Positions 1 to 10,880 of a stretch of DNA of 55,292 bases are shown here, in pieces (position 1 is the first letter of the stretch; each line of letters opens with the position of its first letter). Both the position numbers and the translations under genes were made by a program. Below the pieces are notes generated by a model that saw nothing but the letters and a program-made list of their open reading frames with translations, had not been told where the DNA came from and did no database searches. This DNA is from Moraxellaceae bacterium (GTDB taxonomy: Bacteria > Pseudomonadota > Gammaproteobacteria > Pseudomonadales > Moraxellaceae), in NCBI GenBank assembly GCA_035706925.1, contig DASSUO010000099.1, forward strand, positions 1-55,292, given 5' to 3'.

Positions 1-98
1 TCCTGGTGCCGGTGGTGCAGGCGGAGTTTCAGCTAGTGGAATCATTCGAGGCCAGCGCGCGTGGCGCCGGCGGATTCGGGTCCTCGGGTCGTCATTGA
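1..98 (+). CDS. dut: dUTP diphosphatase, 3' end (truncated by the window edge)
   Basis: Reading from nt 3 gives [31 protein letters not shown], with TGA at 96-98. The RG.GGFGS.G tail is the conserved C-terminal dUTPase motif. The dut-algC-argB order matches Pseudomonas. Confidence 0.6.
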   Translation, partial: LVPVVQAEFQLVESFEASARGAGGFGSSGRH

Positions 99-128
99 GC
101 CCGGTAACAGAAGTCAGAGAGACGCAAC

Positions 129-2687
129 ATGGCCACGAAGAAATCGGAAAAGGCGAAGCAGCCGGTCAAGGCCGGAAAGGCCCCGAAGGAAGCCGCGCCC
201 AAGGCGCCGAAGGCTGCCAAGGTCGCCGGTGAAGGTACTCCGCTGAAGGACGGCCTGCCGGCACTGCTGATCATGGTGGTGGTGCTGGCCGTGATTCAGG
301 CCGCGGGCTGGTGGATGGTCTCGCAGGCCGAGCAGACCCGTCGTGACGAGATCGCCGGCGTGTACCGCCAGCATTACGTCGCCATTCTCACGGCGTATTT
401 GCACAGCTATGAAGACGGTCCGAAGTCCGTTCCCGATGCCGAGCTTCTTCCGTTGATGCAGCCGGGTGCCGTGGCGGGCAATGATCTCGTCAAACGCTTC
501 CCGGGGGCGTCGTTTGCGCTTGTAAGCCCGCTCGTGCTCGATCCGGCCGTTCCCAATGGTCTGAGTTTCGCGCAGCAGGACATGCTCGCCCGGGCGGCCA
601 GCGGCAAGGCCATGCATCCCGAGATCAGTTTTTACGACGCCGGTACGGTGAAGGCCCAGGTCGTCACGTATGCGCGCGTTCTGAAAGGCGCCGATGGCCA
701 GCCGGCTGGTGCCTTGCTGGTTGGCTATCCGTTTGCGCCCCTGGCGACTGCCCTGAAGGGGTTTGCTCCCGATGCAGGCGTCGTCGAGCTGACGCAGAAG
801 GTGGGGAATGACAAGGCCTCCATCCTGAAGAGCGGGGCCAGCGATACGCCGCCGACCGACAGCGGCACCACACCGAATCCGGCATGGGAACTTCACTTCA
901 CGCCGGCGCCAACACTCGGGCGGAGTCATGAAAGCGGCTTTATCTTGCTGGTGTTCGTGCTGGTCGCTCCGCTCGTGGCCGGGGGGCTGTTCCTCTGGGC
1001 CGTGATGCGGATACAGCGCCGTGCACAGGACGACCTCGCGGGCGTTAGCGGCTATTGCGAGAACCTCTTCCATTACGGCAATCGTCAACGGCCCGCGCTG
1101 AGCTACGCCATGTCCGCAAAGTTGCTGGGCGAGCTGGATCGTTTTGGCGCGGAACTGCGCGCAGGTCGTGCCGCCGTAAAGCCCGCGTCAGACGAGCTTG
1201 GCGAGATCGCCGGTGGCGACGCCTCGGATCTCTTTGGCGCGGCAGCGAAGCCGGCGCGGCGACCAGCGCCGCCCCCTGCCGAGCCCGCTGTGGTCGAGGA
1301 AGCGCCAGCGGAGATTGTCGTGGCGCCGGAGATTTTCCGTGCCTATGACGTTCGGGGTGTTGTCGGCAAAGGCCTGAACGCCCAGGTGGCGCGATTGCTA
1401 GGACAGGCGATCGGAAGCGAAGCATCCGCACGCGGCGAGCAGACGGTTGTGGTCGGCCGTGACGGCCGCCTTTCCGGTCCCGAGTTGGTCGCGGCCCTTG
1501 TCGAGGGGTTGCGTGCCTCCGGCCGTGATGTCATCGATGTCGGCATGGTGCCGACTCCCGTGCTTTATTTTGCTGCCAAAACGATCGGCACCGGCAGTGG
1601 CGTAATGGTGACAGGCAGCCACAATCCGGCGGACTACAACGGCTTCAAGATCATGCTGGCGGGCGACACGCTGGCGGGGGACGAGATCCAGTCGCTGCGG
1701 ACCCGAATCGACGCGCGTGATTTCGTTGCCGGTTCCGGCGCACTGACTCAGACGAATGTGGCCCAGGACTATGTCGATCGCGTGAACCAGGACATCGCAC
1801 TGGCCCGCCCGCTCAATGTCGTGGTCGATGCCGGCAACGGGGCGGCCGGCCCGATCGCCATGCGCGTGCTGGAGGCCATGGGCTGCAATGTCGTGCCGCT
1901 TTTCTGCGAAGTGGACGGACACTTTCCCAATCATCATCCGGATCCGAGCAAGCCCGAAAATCTTGAAGACCTCACCCGCGCCGTGGCCGCCAACAATGCG
2001 GACGTCGGCATTGCGTTCGACGGTGACGGTGACCGCATTGGCGTCGTAACCCCTTCCGGGAAGATGATTTTCCCTGATCGCCTCATGATGCTGTATGCCA
2101 AGCATGTGCTGACGTCCAATCCGGGGGCGGACATCATCTTCGACGTGAAGTGCACGCGTGATCTTGCTGCGCTGATTTCCCGTCTCGGCGGTCGCCCGGT
2201 GATGTGCAAGACGGGGCACTCCTTCATCAAGGGCAAGCTCAAGGAAACCGGCGCCGTGCTGGCTGGCGAAATGAGCGGGCACATTTTTTTCAATGACCGC
2301 TGGTTCGGTTTTGACGACGCCGTCTATTCCGCGTCCCGCCTGCTGGAAATCCTGTCACTGGAAACGGGCGATGCCGATGCCGTGTTTGGCGAATTCCCCG
2401 AGAATCCCTCGACGCCGGAAATCAACATCCCGGTCGCGGACGACCGCAAGTTCGGGCTGATGGCCGAGCTGCAATCGCGCACGCGCTTCCCGGATGCCAA
2501 CGTCATCACCATCGATGGCGTGCGCGTCGAATTCGCCGACGGCTGGGGCCTGATCCGGGCCTCCAACACGACGCCCTGCCTGGTGGCGCGTTTTGAAGGC
2601 AAGACGCCGGAAGCGCTTGTCGCAGTGCAGGGCAAGTTCAGGGCGCTGCTGGCCAGTGTCGATGCAAACCTCCAGATTCCCTTTTGA
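129..2687 (+). CDS. algC: phosphomannomutase/phosphoglucomutase with a ~400-aa N-terminal membrane-anchored extension
   Basis: 852-aa ORF. Residues ~401-852 form a full alpha-D-phosphohexomutase: IFRAYDVRG, active-site loop TGSHNPADYNGFK (Ser codon 1617-1619), metal loop FDGDGDR and sugar loop GEMSGH. Residues 1-400 are a Lys/Ala/Pro tail plus two hydrophobic helices. Confidence 0.9.
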   Translation: MATKKSEKAKQPVKAGKAPKEAAPKAPKAAKVAGEGTPLKDGLPALLIMVVVLAVIQAAGWWMVSQAEQTRRDEIAGVYRQHYVAILTAYLHSYEDGPKSVPDAELLPLMQPGAVAGNDLVKRFPGASFALVSPLVLDPAVPNGLSFAQQDMLARAASGKAMHPEISFYDAGTVKAQVVTYARVLKGADGQPAGALLVGYPFAPLATALKGFAPDAGVVELTQKVGNDKASILKSGASDTPPTDSGTTPNPAWELHFTPAPTLGRSHESGFILLVFVLVAPLVAGGLFLWAVMRIQRRAQDDLAGVSGYCENLFHYGNRQRPALSYAMSAKLLGELDRFGAELRAGRAAVKPASDELGEIAGGDASDLFGAAAKPARRPAPPPAEPAVVEEAPAEIVVAPEIFRAYDVRGVVGKGLNAQVARLLGQAIGSEASARGEQTVVVGRDGRLSGPELVAALVEGLRASGRDVIDVGMVPTPVLYFAAKTIGTGSGVMVTGSHNPADYNGFKIMLAGDTLAGDEIQSLRTRIDARDFVAGSGALTQTNVAQDYVDRVNQDIALARPLNVVVDAGNGAAGPIAMRVLEAMGCNVVPLFCEVDGHFPNHHPDPSKPENLEDLTRAVAANNADVGIAFDGDGDRIGVVTPSGKMIFPDRLMMLYAKHVLTSNPGADIIFDVKCTRDLAALISRLGGRPVMCKTGHSFIKGKLKETGAVLAGEMSGHIFFNDRWFGFDDAVYSASRLLEILSLETGDADAVFGEFPENPSTPEINIPVADDRKFGLMAELQSRTRFPDANVITIDGVRVEFADGWGLIRASNTTPCLVARFEGKTPEALVAVQGKFRALLASVDANLQIPF

Positions 2688-2692
2688 TTTGA

Positions 2693-3625
<933 letters not shown>

Positions 3626-3648
3626 GGCTGGTTGCGCCAGGAGTCCAC

Positions 3649-4254
3649 ATGACGGCTGCCGAATCCAAAGTCTCGCGTCGTGATCATATCCTGCAGGCGC
3701 TTGCCGCCATGCTGGAGTCACAGCCTGGCGCGCGCATCACCACGGCTGCGCTGGCGAAGGAAGTGGGGGTGACGGAGGCGGCGCTGTACCGGCATTTTCC
3801 CAGCAAGGCCAAGATGTTCGAAGGGCTCATCGAATTCGTGGAAGACGTGGTGTTTTCCCGGGTGACGGCGATTCTGCAGGAAGAAGGCGATGCCCGGGTG
3901 CGATGCGAGAAGATCCTCTCTCTCGTGCTGATCTTCAGTGAGCGGAATCCCGGCATTACCCGCATCCTGAACGGTGATGCCCTCACTGGCGAGCATGAGC
4001 GGCTGCAGGCCCGCATCGCGCAATTTTTCGAACGGCTGGAAGCGCAGTTGCGGCAAGTCTTGCGGGATGCGGAGCTCAAGCAGTCTGTCGGCACCGTGAT
4101 GACCAGTGCCGCTGCGGCCAATCTGATGCTGGTGCTGGTGGAGGGGCATGTCAGTCAGTATGTTCGCTCCGGCTTTCGCCGGAAGCCGACGGAAAACTGG
4201 GAGGCCCAATGGGCGTTCCTGCGAACACAGTTGTTTCGCGAGCAAGGCGCCTGA
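3649..4254 (+). CDS. slmA: nucleoid occlusion factor SlmA (TetR family)
   Basis: 201 aa with an N-terminal TetR helix-turn-helix (ITTAALAKEVGVTEAALYRHFPSKAKMFEGLIEFVE), closely resembling SlmA. AGGAG ribosome-binding site upstream. Confidence 0.85.
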   Translation: MTAAESKVSRRDHILQALAAMLESQPGARITTAALAKEVGVTEAALYRHFPSKAKMFEGLIEFVEDVVFSRVTAILQEEGDARVRCEKILSLVLIFSERNPGITRILNGDALTGEHERLQARIAQFFERLEAQLRQVLRDAELKQSVGTVMTSAAAANLMLVLVEGHVSQYVRSGFRRKPTENWEAQWAFLRTQLFREQGA

Positions 4255-4298
4255 CGCTTCTGCCGGTGTGATGTCTCCTTTCGGGTGATGAACCCATG

Positions 4299-4331
4299 AA
4301 AAAGCCGGCATCAGCCGGCTTTTTCTTTTTT
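4299..4331. terminator. bidirectional Rho-independent terminator
   Basis: Stem AGCCGGC/GCCGGCT with loop ATCA, an A-run on the left and TTTTTCTTTTT on the right. It lies between convergent slmA and the 4366-5022 gene. Confidence 0.8.
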
Positions 4332-4365
4332 ACGCGAACGTTGCCGCGATGACCTCTTTGCCGTT

Positions 4366-5022
4366 TCAGGGCTTGGACTTGGCGGCATTTGCCGGGGCAG
4401 GCGCCCACGGTGTGGTGCTGGCCGGTTTGCCGGTCAGCTCGGCAAGGCGCTTGATCACCGGATCAAATTCGCTGTTCACCTTGTCCTGCTCTGCCTTGCG
4501 TCCATTGACTTCGGACTCGGCTGCCTGGATTTGCTTGTCAAAATTGGCAATGTTGGCCTTTACGTCGGCGGGAACGGGCTTGCCGGTGCGTTCAAAGGAC
4601 GCTGCGCGTTGCGCTTCGGCCGCACGGCGCTGGCGCAGGGTGGTCAGCATGTTGTTACTGAAGTCGATGCGAACCTGCAGTGCATCAAGCTGCCGGTTGC
4701 GTGCGCGCTCGGCATCGGCGGGGCTGCTGTACAGGCGCAGGATCTGCTTGTCGTCCTTGGCGCGCTGCGCATCTGCATCGCGCTTGGCCCGCATCGCGGC
4801 AAGCTCGGCTGCGCTCAGGGCACGTTGCGCATCGACATGGCGGATGAGGCGCATGGAGGCGGTCAGCTCGTCATAGCCGCGGGAGACGTGCTCCGGCGTG
4901 ACGGTGTCCGTCACGACAGGCTGGTGCTTGTCGTCGTAATAGCGGAACCAGCGGGCGTCTTCGGCATGGGCCAGGGGCAGGGCCAGCATCAGGCCGAGGA
5001 ACAGGGCGGCGCGTTTCAGCAT
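4366..5022 (-). CDS. secreted coiled-coil protein, DUF4124-like N-terminus
   Basis: Signal peptide MLKRAALFLGLMLALPLAHA, followed by a short WFRYYDDKHQPVVTD module and a long Ala/Arg/Gln/Asp-rich helical region. Confidence 0.6.
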   Translation of the reverse strand: MLKRAALFLGLMLALPLAHAEDARWFRYYDDKHQPVVTDTVTPEHVSRGYDELTASMRLIRHVDAQRALSAAELAAMRAKRDADAQRAKDDKQILRLYSSPADAERARNRQLDALQVRIDFSNNMLTTLRQRRAAEAQRAASFERTGKPVPADVKANIANFDKQIQAAESEVNGRKAEQDKVNSEFDPVIKRLAELTGKPASTTPWAPAPANAAKSKP

Positions 5023-5095
5023 GGAAAATCTCCGGCGAGCCTGGGGCTCTCATATAATCGCCCCTCATTCTAGGGGAGCAGGTCGGGGGCAGACA

Positions 5096-5866
5096 GTGAT
5101 CGGTGTAGTGGTTTTATTCCTTGTCGCGCTTCTTGCCAACACCCTTTCCGCCCTGGCGGGCGGTGGCGCCGGCCTGTTGCAGTTGCCCGCGCTGCTGTTT
5201 CTCGGATTGGCGTTTCCGTCGGCTCTGGCTACCCACAAGATTGCGAGTGTGGCACTGGGCGTCGGCGCAACCCTGCGTCACCTCCGGACCGGGCGATTCC
5301 GCTGGCGTTTTGCCGCTTACGTCCTGGCCTGCGGTCTGCCGGGGGTGCTGCTCGGAACGCAGCTGATTCTGGCCATTCCCGATCGCCTTGCAGAGCTGGC
5401 GCTCGGCATCCTCACCCTGGGCCTTGGCATCTACTCCTGGTGCCGGCCGGCACTCGGGCAGGAAAGCCGGCGGCTGAACCGGGATGTCCGCGGCCTGGTG
5501 ACAGGGGGATTGGGCCTGTTCGTGATCGGCGCCCTCAATGGCTCGCTGACGTCCGGGACCGGCCTGTTCGTGACGCTCTGGCTGATCCACTGGTATGGCC
5601 TGGATTACACGCGCGCCGTGACCTATACGCTGGTTCTGGTCGGACTGTTCTGGAACGGGCTCGGAGCGCTGGCGCTGTCCGTGCAGGCGCCGGTACGGTG
5701 GGACTGGCTGCCCGGCCTGTTGGCGGGCTCCCTGGCAGGGGGGTATATCGGGGCGCACTGGGCCCTGTTGAAGGGCAACCGGCTGGTAAAGCGCGCGTTC
5801 GAGTTGCTGACGGTGGTGGCCGGAAGCAAGCTCTTGTGGGATGCCCTGGCTCGGGGGTTTGCCTGA
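5096..5866 (+). CDS. TauE/SafE family (DUF81) anion exporter
   Basis: Polytopic membrane protein with LSALAGGGAGLLQLPALLFLG and a matching second half. Start placed at GTG 5096, because ATG 5021 would overlap the divergent gene. Confidence 0.75.
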   Translation: MIGVVVLFLVALLANTLSALAGGGAGLLQLPALLFLGLAFPSALATHKIASVALGVGATLRHLRTGRFRWRFAAYVLACGLPGVLLGTQLILAIPDRLAELALGILTLGLGIYSWCRPALGQESRRLNRDVRGLVTGGLGLFVIGALNGSLTSGTGLFVTLWLIHWYGLDYTRAVTYTLVLVGLFWNGLGALALSVQAPVRWDWLPGLLAGSLAGGYIGAHWALLKGNRLVKRAFELLTVVAGSKLLWDALARGFA

Positions 5867-6204
5867 CCGGGCGCCCCCGGATTCTGTCTTTTGCGGAAAC
5901 GCGGTGTCTTGCGGGTCCCTTTCCGGTTGCACGGTTCATCCCGGGGTCGCGACCGTGGCGTCGGGCCGATGATGCCGTTCATGCCTGACTTGCAGTATTC
6001 CGTCAGAAAAAAGCGCTAAACCGTTGTCCTGCCTTGAATCCTGTCCCGGTTGCCGGCCTTGTGCATATATAGCCGACCCTGTAAAACTGTGTTAAAACGT
6101 GGCGGACCTGTCCCTGTCGGCATTATCGGCAGCGGGTGGGTCGTTCCGGTTTCGATTGCCCGAACCAGGCTCAAAAAAGCCTCATTCCTAAGAAGGCTGC
6201 TCCA

Positions 6205-6591
6205 ATGTCAGAAGAGAATTTCGACGGTTTGAAAGTCATGGTGATCGACGATTCTAAGACGATTCGTCGCACCGCCGAGACCCTGCTGCAAAAGGCCGGG
6301 TGTACCGTAATCACTGCGACAGACGGCTTTGATGCGCTGGCCAAGATCGCCGACTCGAATCCCAGCATCATTTTCGTCGACATCATGATGCCGCGTCTGG
6401 ATGGCTATCAGACCTGCGCACTGATCAAGAACAATTCCGCGTTCAAATCCACGCCCGTCATCATGCTGTCCTCCAAGGACGGTCTGTTCGACAAGGCCAA
6501 GGGACGCATCGTGGGCTCGGACGAATACCTGACCAAGCCTTTCAGCAAAGAAGAACTGCTCGGCGCAATCCGCCAGCACGTGAAGGTCTGA
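6205..6591 (+). CDS. pilG: twitching-motility response regulator PilG (CheY-like)
   Basis: LKVMVIDDSKTIRRTAETLL...FVDIMMPRLDGYQTCALIKNNSAFKSTPVIMLSSKDGLFDKAKGRIVGSD.YLTKPFSKEELL is near-identical to the PilG core. Start at ATG 6205 with an AAGAAGG ribosome-binding site. Confidence 0.93.
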   Translation: MSEENFDGLKVMVIDDSKTIRRTAETLLQKAGCTVITATDGFDALAKIADSNPSIIFVDIMMPRLDGYQTCALIKNNSAFKSTPVIMLSSKDGLFDKAKGRIVGSDEYLTKPFSKEELLGAIRQHVKV

Positions 6592-6619
6592 ACGCATCAC
6601 GCATCAGCGGGGAAATACA

Positions 6620-6988
6620 ATGGCACGCATCCTCATTGTCGACGACTCTCCCACGGAAACGTACCGGTTCCGTGAAATCCTCGAGAAGCATGGGCACCAG
6701 GTTCTGGAAGCCACCAACGGCGCCGACGGTGTGGCGGTTGCGCGCGCCGAGCAACCTGACCTGGTCCTCATGGACGTCGTCATGCCCGGCCTTAACGGCT
6801 TCCAGGCCACCCGCCAGCTCACCAAGGACGAGGACACGGCACACATTCCGGTCGTGATCGTTACGACCAAGGATCAGGAAACCGACCGCGTCTGGGGAAA
6901 GCGCCAGGGCGCGCGTGACTACCTGACCAAGCCGGTGGATGAAACCCAGCTCATGCAGACCATCGCCGGCCTCATTGGCGGCAAGTAA
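6620..6988 (+). CDS. pilH: response regulator PilH (CheY-like)
   Basis: MARILIVDDSPTE...VMPGLNGFQATRQLTKD...VTTKDQETDRVWGKRQGARDYLTKPVDE matches the PilH signature. Its position after pilG fits. Confidence 0.93.
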   Translation: MARILIVDDSPTETYRFREILEKHGHQVLEATNGADGVAVARAEQPDLVLMDVVMPGLNGFQATRQLTKDEDTAHIPVVIVTTKDQETDRVWGKRQGARDYLTKPVDETQLMQTIAGLIGGK

Positions 6989-7003
6989 CGCGTGACATAA
7001 GCG

Positions 7004-7540
7004 ATGGCAGCCAAGGGATTCATCAAGCTTCTCGAGATCGCCGAGCGCTCAAAGCAGCGTGCGGTCGGCCTGCCTGCGGGCGGCCAGGCGGCAGAGTTGT
7101 GGAGCGGCATCGGGTTCACCCTTGGCGGACAGCATTTCCTGGCGGCCATGGGCGAAGTCAATGAAGTCCTGGCCGTACCCCGCTATACCCATGTGCCGGG
7201 GGTCAAGCCCTGGATGAAGGGCATAGCGAATGTGCGCGGCCGTCTCCTGCCCATCACCGACCTGCTGGCGTACTTCAATCGCCGGTCAGAGTTGCAGGAG
7301 CATCGTCGCCGCCTGATCGTGATCGACCAGGCGGACGTTTTTGCGGGCCTGGTCGTCGATGACGTGCTGGGCATGCAGCATTTTCCGGTGGCGGACTACG
7401 GGTCCGACGCACCGGGAGTGATTCCGGAATTGCAGCCCTTTGTGCAGGGGGCATTCCGGCGTGGAGATACGTACTGGGCCGTGTTCAGTCTGTCACGCCT
7501 GGTGGAGGATCCCCAGTTCCTGCAGGCCGCGAACGCCTGA
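7004..7540 (+). CDS. pilI: CheW-like coupling protein PilI
   Basis: 178-aa CheW-domain protein in the pilG-H-I-J order. Confidence 0.85.
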   Translation: MAAKGFIKLLEIAERSKQRAVGLPAGGQAAELWSGIGFTLGGQHFLAAMGEVNEVLAVPRYTHVPGVKPWMKGIANVRGRLLPITDLLAYFNRRSELQEHRRRLIVIDQADVFAGLVVDDVLGMQHFPVADYGSDAPGVIPELQPFVQGAFRRGDTYWAVFSLSRLVEDPQFLQAANA

Positions 7541-7616
7541 CGGAGCGGAGCGGCCGGCTTGTCCGGCCGTTTGTATTAAGAAAACTATAAACATGAGGCC
7601 GCTGAGGGCTGATGGT

Positions 7617-9737
7617 ATGAATTCGAATCTGCAGACCGTGCGAGACAAGCTTTCGAACCTCCGGGGGATCGACTGGAAGCGCGTCTTCTCGAAGGAGAGT
7701 TTCCGCAACCTGATCCCGCAGGGGACGGCGGACACGGCTGCGCAAACGAAGCCCTGGATGATCGGCCTTGGTGCGTCGCTCGCGGTGCTCGTCATCGCGT
7801 TCATGTTCGTGTTCGTGAAGAGCTATCGCGCGACCGCGATGATCAACAATGCCTCCGAGCTCCGCGTGCTCTCGCAGGACATCGCGAAGAACGCCTCGGA
7901 AGCCGCCGGCGGCAATCCGGCCGCGTTCGAGCAGCTGAAGCAGTCGCGCGAGCACTTCCAGACCGCCTGGGACGAACTCGTCAGCTACCGCGGCAAGAAC
8001 GACGCGCAGATCCAGTCTCTCGACAAGGTGTGGAATCCGGTTTCGTCAAATGCCAAGATCGTGCTTGACGGCAGCAAGTCGGTACTGCAGCTGCACGAGC
8101 TGGCCCAGACTCTGACGGAGACCGTGCCGGACCTGCAGGCCGAATACGACATCGTCGTTGAGGGGATGCTGCGCACGGGTGCGTCCGCCACGCAGATTTC
8201 CATCGCCAAGCAGCAGTCTGTGCTGGCAGAACGTATCCTGCGTTCGGTGAACAAGGTGCTGCAGGGCGGCGCCGATGCCGTCACGTCTGCCGACTCGTTC
8301 GGGCGTGACGCCGCGCAGTTCGAGCGCGTCCTCAAGGGGATGCTGGCCGGTGACGAAGCGCTGGGTGTCAAGCAGGTGACTGACCCCGAGGCCCAGGATG
8401 CCCTGGCGGCCATCGCCGACTCCTTCGACTCCTCCGTGAAGCAGTCCGCCAACGCCATCCTGGAGACGTCACCGGAGTTGTTCCAGGTGCGCGCCGCCGC
8501 CGACTCGATTTTCCGTGACTCCCGCTCGCTGCTGGATGCATCCACGGCACTGTCGGTGGGGGTGGCGCAGACGGCCGACACCTCGATCTATACGTTCGTG
8601 GGCATCATCGCCCTGCTGGTCGGCCTGCTCTGTGCCGCCAAGCTGTACTCCATCCGTGCCAACCAGGACCGTATCGCGGCCGAGCATGACCGTCAGGCCG
8701 AAGCCGAGCGTGCCGAACAGATCGAATCGGAAAACCGCCGCAACCAGGACGCCATCTTGCGTCTGCTGGACGAACTCGGCGACCTCGCCGACGGTGACCT
8801 CACCGTGCAGGCCACCGTGACGGAAGACTTCACGGGTGCCATCGCCGACTCCATCAACTACTCCATTGACCAGCTGCGCGGCCTGGTGGCCACCATCAAC
8901 TCGACGGCCGTGCAGGTGTCTGCTGCTGCGCAGGAAACGCAGTCCACCGCGATGCATCTCGCTGAAGCGTCCGAGCATCAGGCTCAGGAAATCGCTGGCG
9001 CGTCTGCCGCCGTGAACGAAATGGCGGTCTCGATTGACCAGGTGTCGGCCAACGCCGCCGAATCCGCCGCGGTGGCCGAACGCTCTGTGGCCATCGCCCA
9101 CAAGGGCGCCGAGGTGGTGCAGAACACGATCTCCGGCATGGACACCATCCGTGAGCAGATCCAGGAAACGTCAAAGCGAATCAAGCGTCTCGGTGAATCG
9201 TCACAGGAAATCGGCGACATCGTGTCGCTGATCAACGACATCGCCGACCAGACCAACATCCTCGCGCTTAACGCCGCCATTCAGGCGTCCATGGCCGGTG
9301 AAGCCGGCCGCGGCTTCGCGGTGGTGGCCGACGAAGTGCAGCGCCTCGCCGAACGCTCTGCCGCGGCTACGAAGCAGATCGAACAGCTGGTGAAGACCAT
9401 TCAGACCGACACCAATGAAGCCGTTATCTCGATGGAACAGACGACGGCAGAAGTGGTGCGCGGGGCCCGCCTGGCGCAGGACGCCGGTGTGGCCCTCGGC
9501 GAGATCGAGAACGTGTCGCGTACCCTCGCTGACCTCATCCAGAACATCTCGAACGCCGCGCGTCAGCAGGCAGCCTCTGCCGGCCACATTTCCAACACCA
9601 TGAACGTGATTCAGGAAATCACCTCGCAGACGACCGCCGGTACCATCGCAACGGCGCGCTCGATTGGTAACCTTGCGGAAATGGCCAACGAGCTGCGTCA
9701 CTCGGTAGCCGGCTTCAAGCTGCCCGAGCACGCCTGA
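7617..9737 (+). CDS. pilJ: methyl-accepting chemotaxis protein PilJ
   Basis: Has an N-terminal TM helix, a large periplasmic region, a second TM helix and the MCP signalling hairpin ([38 protein letters not shown]). Start chosen at ATG 7617, because ATG 7440 in the track overlaps pilI. Confidence 0.9.
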   Translation: MNSNLQTVRDKLSNLRGIDWKRVFSKESFRNLIPQGTADTAAQTKPWMIGLGASLAVLVIAFMFVFVKSYRATAMINNASELRVLSQDIAKNASEAAGGNPAAFEQLKQSREHFQTAWDELVSYRGKNDAQIQSLDKVWNPVSSNAKIVLDGSKSVLQLHELAQTLTETVPDLQAEYDIVVEGMLRTGASATQISIAKQQSVLAERILRSVNKVLQGGADAVTSADSFGRDAAQFERVLKGMLAGDEALGVKQVTDPEAQDALAAIADSFDSSVKQSANAILETSPELFQVRAAADSIFRDSRSLLDASTALSVGVAQTADTSIYTFVGIIALLVGLLCAAKLYSIRANQDRIAAEHDRQAEAERAEQIESENRRNQDAILRLLDELGDLADGDLTVQATVTEDFTGAIADSINYSIDQLRGLVATINSTAVQVSAAAQETQSTAMHLAEASEHQAQEIAGASAAVNEMAVSIDQVSANAAESAAVAERSVAIAHKGAEVVQNTISGMDTIREQIQETSKRIKRLGESSQEIGDIVSLINDIADQTNILALNAAIQASMAGEAGRGFAVVADEVQRLAERSAAATKQIEQLVKTIQTDTNEAVISMEQTTAEVVRGARLAQDAGVALGEIENVSRTLADLIQNISNAARQQAASAGHISNTMNVIQEITSQTTAGTIATARSIGNLAEMANELRHSVAGFKLPEHA

Positions 9738-9773
9738 CCGGCGCTGCTCCAGGGCAGCTGACCGGAGGCGAGC

Positions 9774-10655
9774 ATGTACAGGACAACCGATGTGGCCACT
9801 GACCGCTGGGGCATCAAGACGCTTTCGCCGATCTCGGACGAGCAGTTCGAGCTCTGGCAGACGCTGATCGAAGCGCGCACCGGCATGACCATCGGCGTGG
9901 CACGCCGGTCGTTCCTGGAGACCAATCTCGGCATTCGCATGCGCGAGATCGGCATCAACGATTACGAAACCTACTACGAGCAGCTCATGGCCGGCCCGGT
10001 GGCCGAGCGTGAATGGGCCGTGCTCGTGGATCGCCTGACGGTTCAGGAAACCTCTTTTTTCCGCCACCCGAGTTCCTTTGCGCTGGTCAGGCAGCATGTG
10101 TCGGAGTTGCTGCTGAAAGAGCCGGCGCGCAAGTCCCTCAATCTGTGGAGCGTAGGGTGCTCGACGGGGGAAGAACCTTACTCGCTGGCGATGCAAACCG
10201 ATGCGCAGATTGCCGAGCTCAAGCGCAAGGTGTTCTTCGGGGTCACGGCAACCGATATCAGCCTCCCGACATTGGGGCGTGCGCGGACGGGCATCTATGG
10301 CGATCGTCGTTTGCATAACGTACCCGCTGCGTGGAAGGAAAAATATTTCAAGCCCGTCGTCGGGCGAAAGGAGTGGCAGGTCACTGACGATCTGAAAAAG
10401 CGCGTCGCCTTTGTGCAGCTCAACATCATGGAGCTGGATCGCGCGCCGCTTTCCGGAATGGACGTGATTTTTTGCCAGAACGTACTGATTTATTTCCGTC
10501 GCTTCCGCAAGCGCGACATCCTCACCAATCTTGCCGTGCGTCTTGCACCGGGCGGGTTGATGGTGCTGGGGCTTGGCGAGGCGATGGATTGGGCGCATCC
10601 GCAATTGGTGCGGGTCGACTACCCCGACACGATGGCATTTCGTCGCAAGACGTGA
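9774..10655 (+). CDS. pilK: CheR-type chemoreceptor methyltransferase PilK
   Basis: ETSFFRHP and LWSVGCSTGEEPYSLAM (SAM-binding) are CheR motifs. GGAGG ribosome-binding site. Located between pilJ and chpA. Confidence 0.88.
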   Translation: MYRTTDVATDRWGIKTLSPISDEQFELWQTLIEARTGMTIGVARRSFLETNLGIRMREIGINDYETYYEQLMAGPVAEREWAVLVDRLTVQETSFFRHPSSFALVRQHVSELLLKEPARKSLNLWSVGCSTGEEPYSLAMQTDAQIAELKRKVFFGVTATDISLPTLGRARTGIYGDRRLHNVPAAWKEKYFKPVVGRKEWQVTDDLKKRVAFVQLNIMELDRAPLSGMDVIFCQNVLIYFRRFRKRDILTNLAVRLAPGGLMVLGLGEAMDWAHPQLVRVDYPDTMAFRRKT

Positions 10656-10880
10656 GTGCCAGGCGGGGCGGCAGATTTCGAAGAAGCAGTGGCCAGGGCG
10701 GATGCCTGCGGCCACTGATGCAGACGGGTCGGGCCAAGGCCCGGTTCTGGCAGTGGCAGGCAACAGGCGTAGACCTTTGCATGGAAGAAAATCGGGTTCG
10801 AACCCGACCGGCGATAAAAATTAATGGCCCGGCCTTGCCGGGCACGACCGACGCGATGAGGCCCCTGAGGGCATAGAACG

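Noticed and set aside
61-246. 61-aa Arg/Pro-rich ORF spanning the dut-algC junction.
   Set aside because: It overlaps both the dut 3' end and the algC start in another frame, and its composition is extremely biased. It is spurious.
10792-10807. A GGGTTCGAACCC sequence resembling a tRNA T-arm, raising the possibility of a tRNA gene or an att-site remnant.
   Set aside because: The loop would be 6 nt rather than 7. There is no complementary acceptor stem, D-arm or anticodon arm in the preceding 70 nt. No integrase or direct repeat is nearby. It is kept only as a palindrome in the findings.
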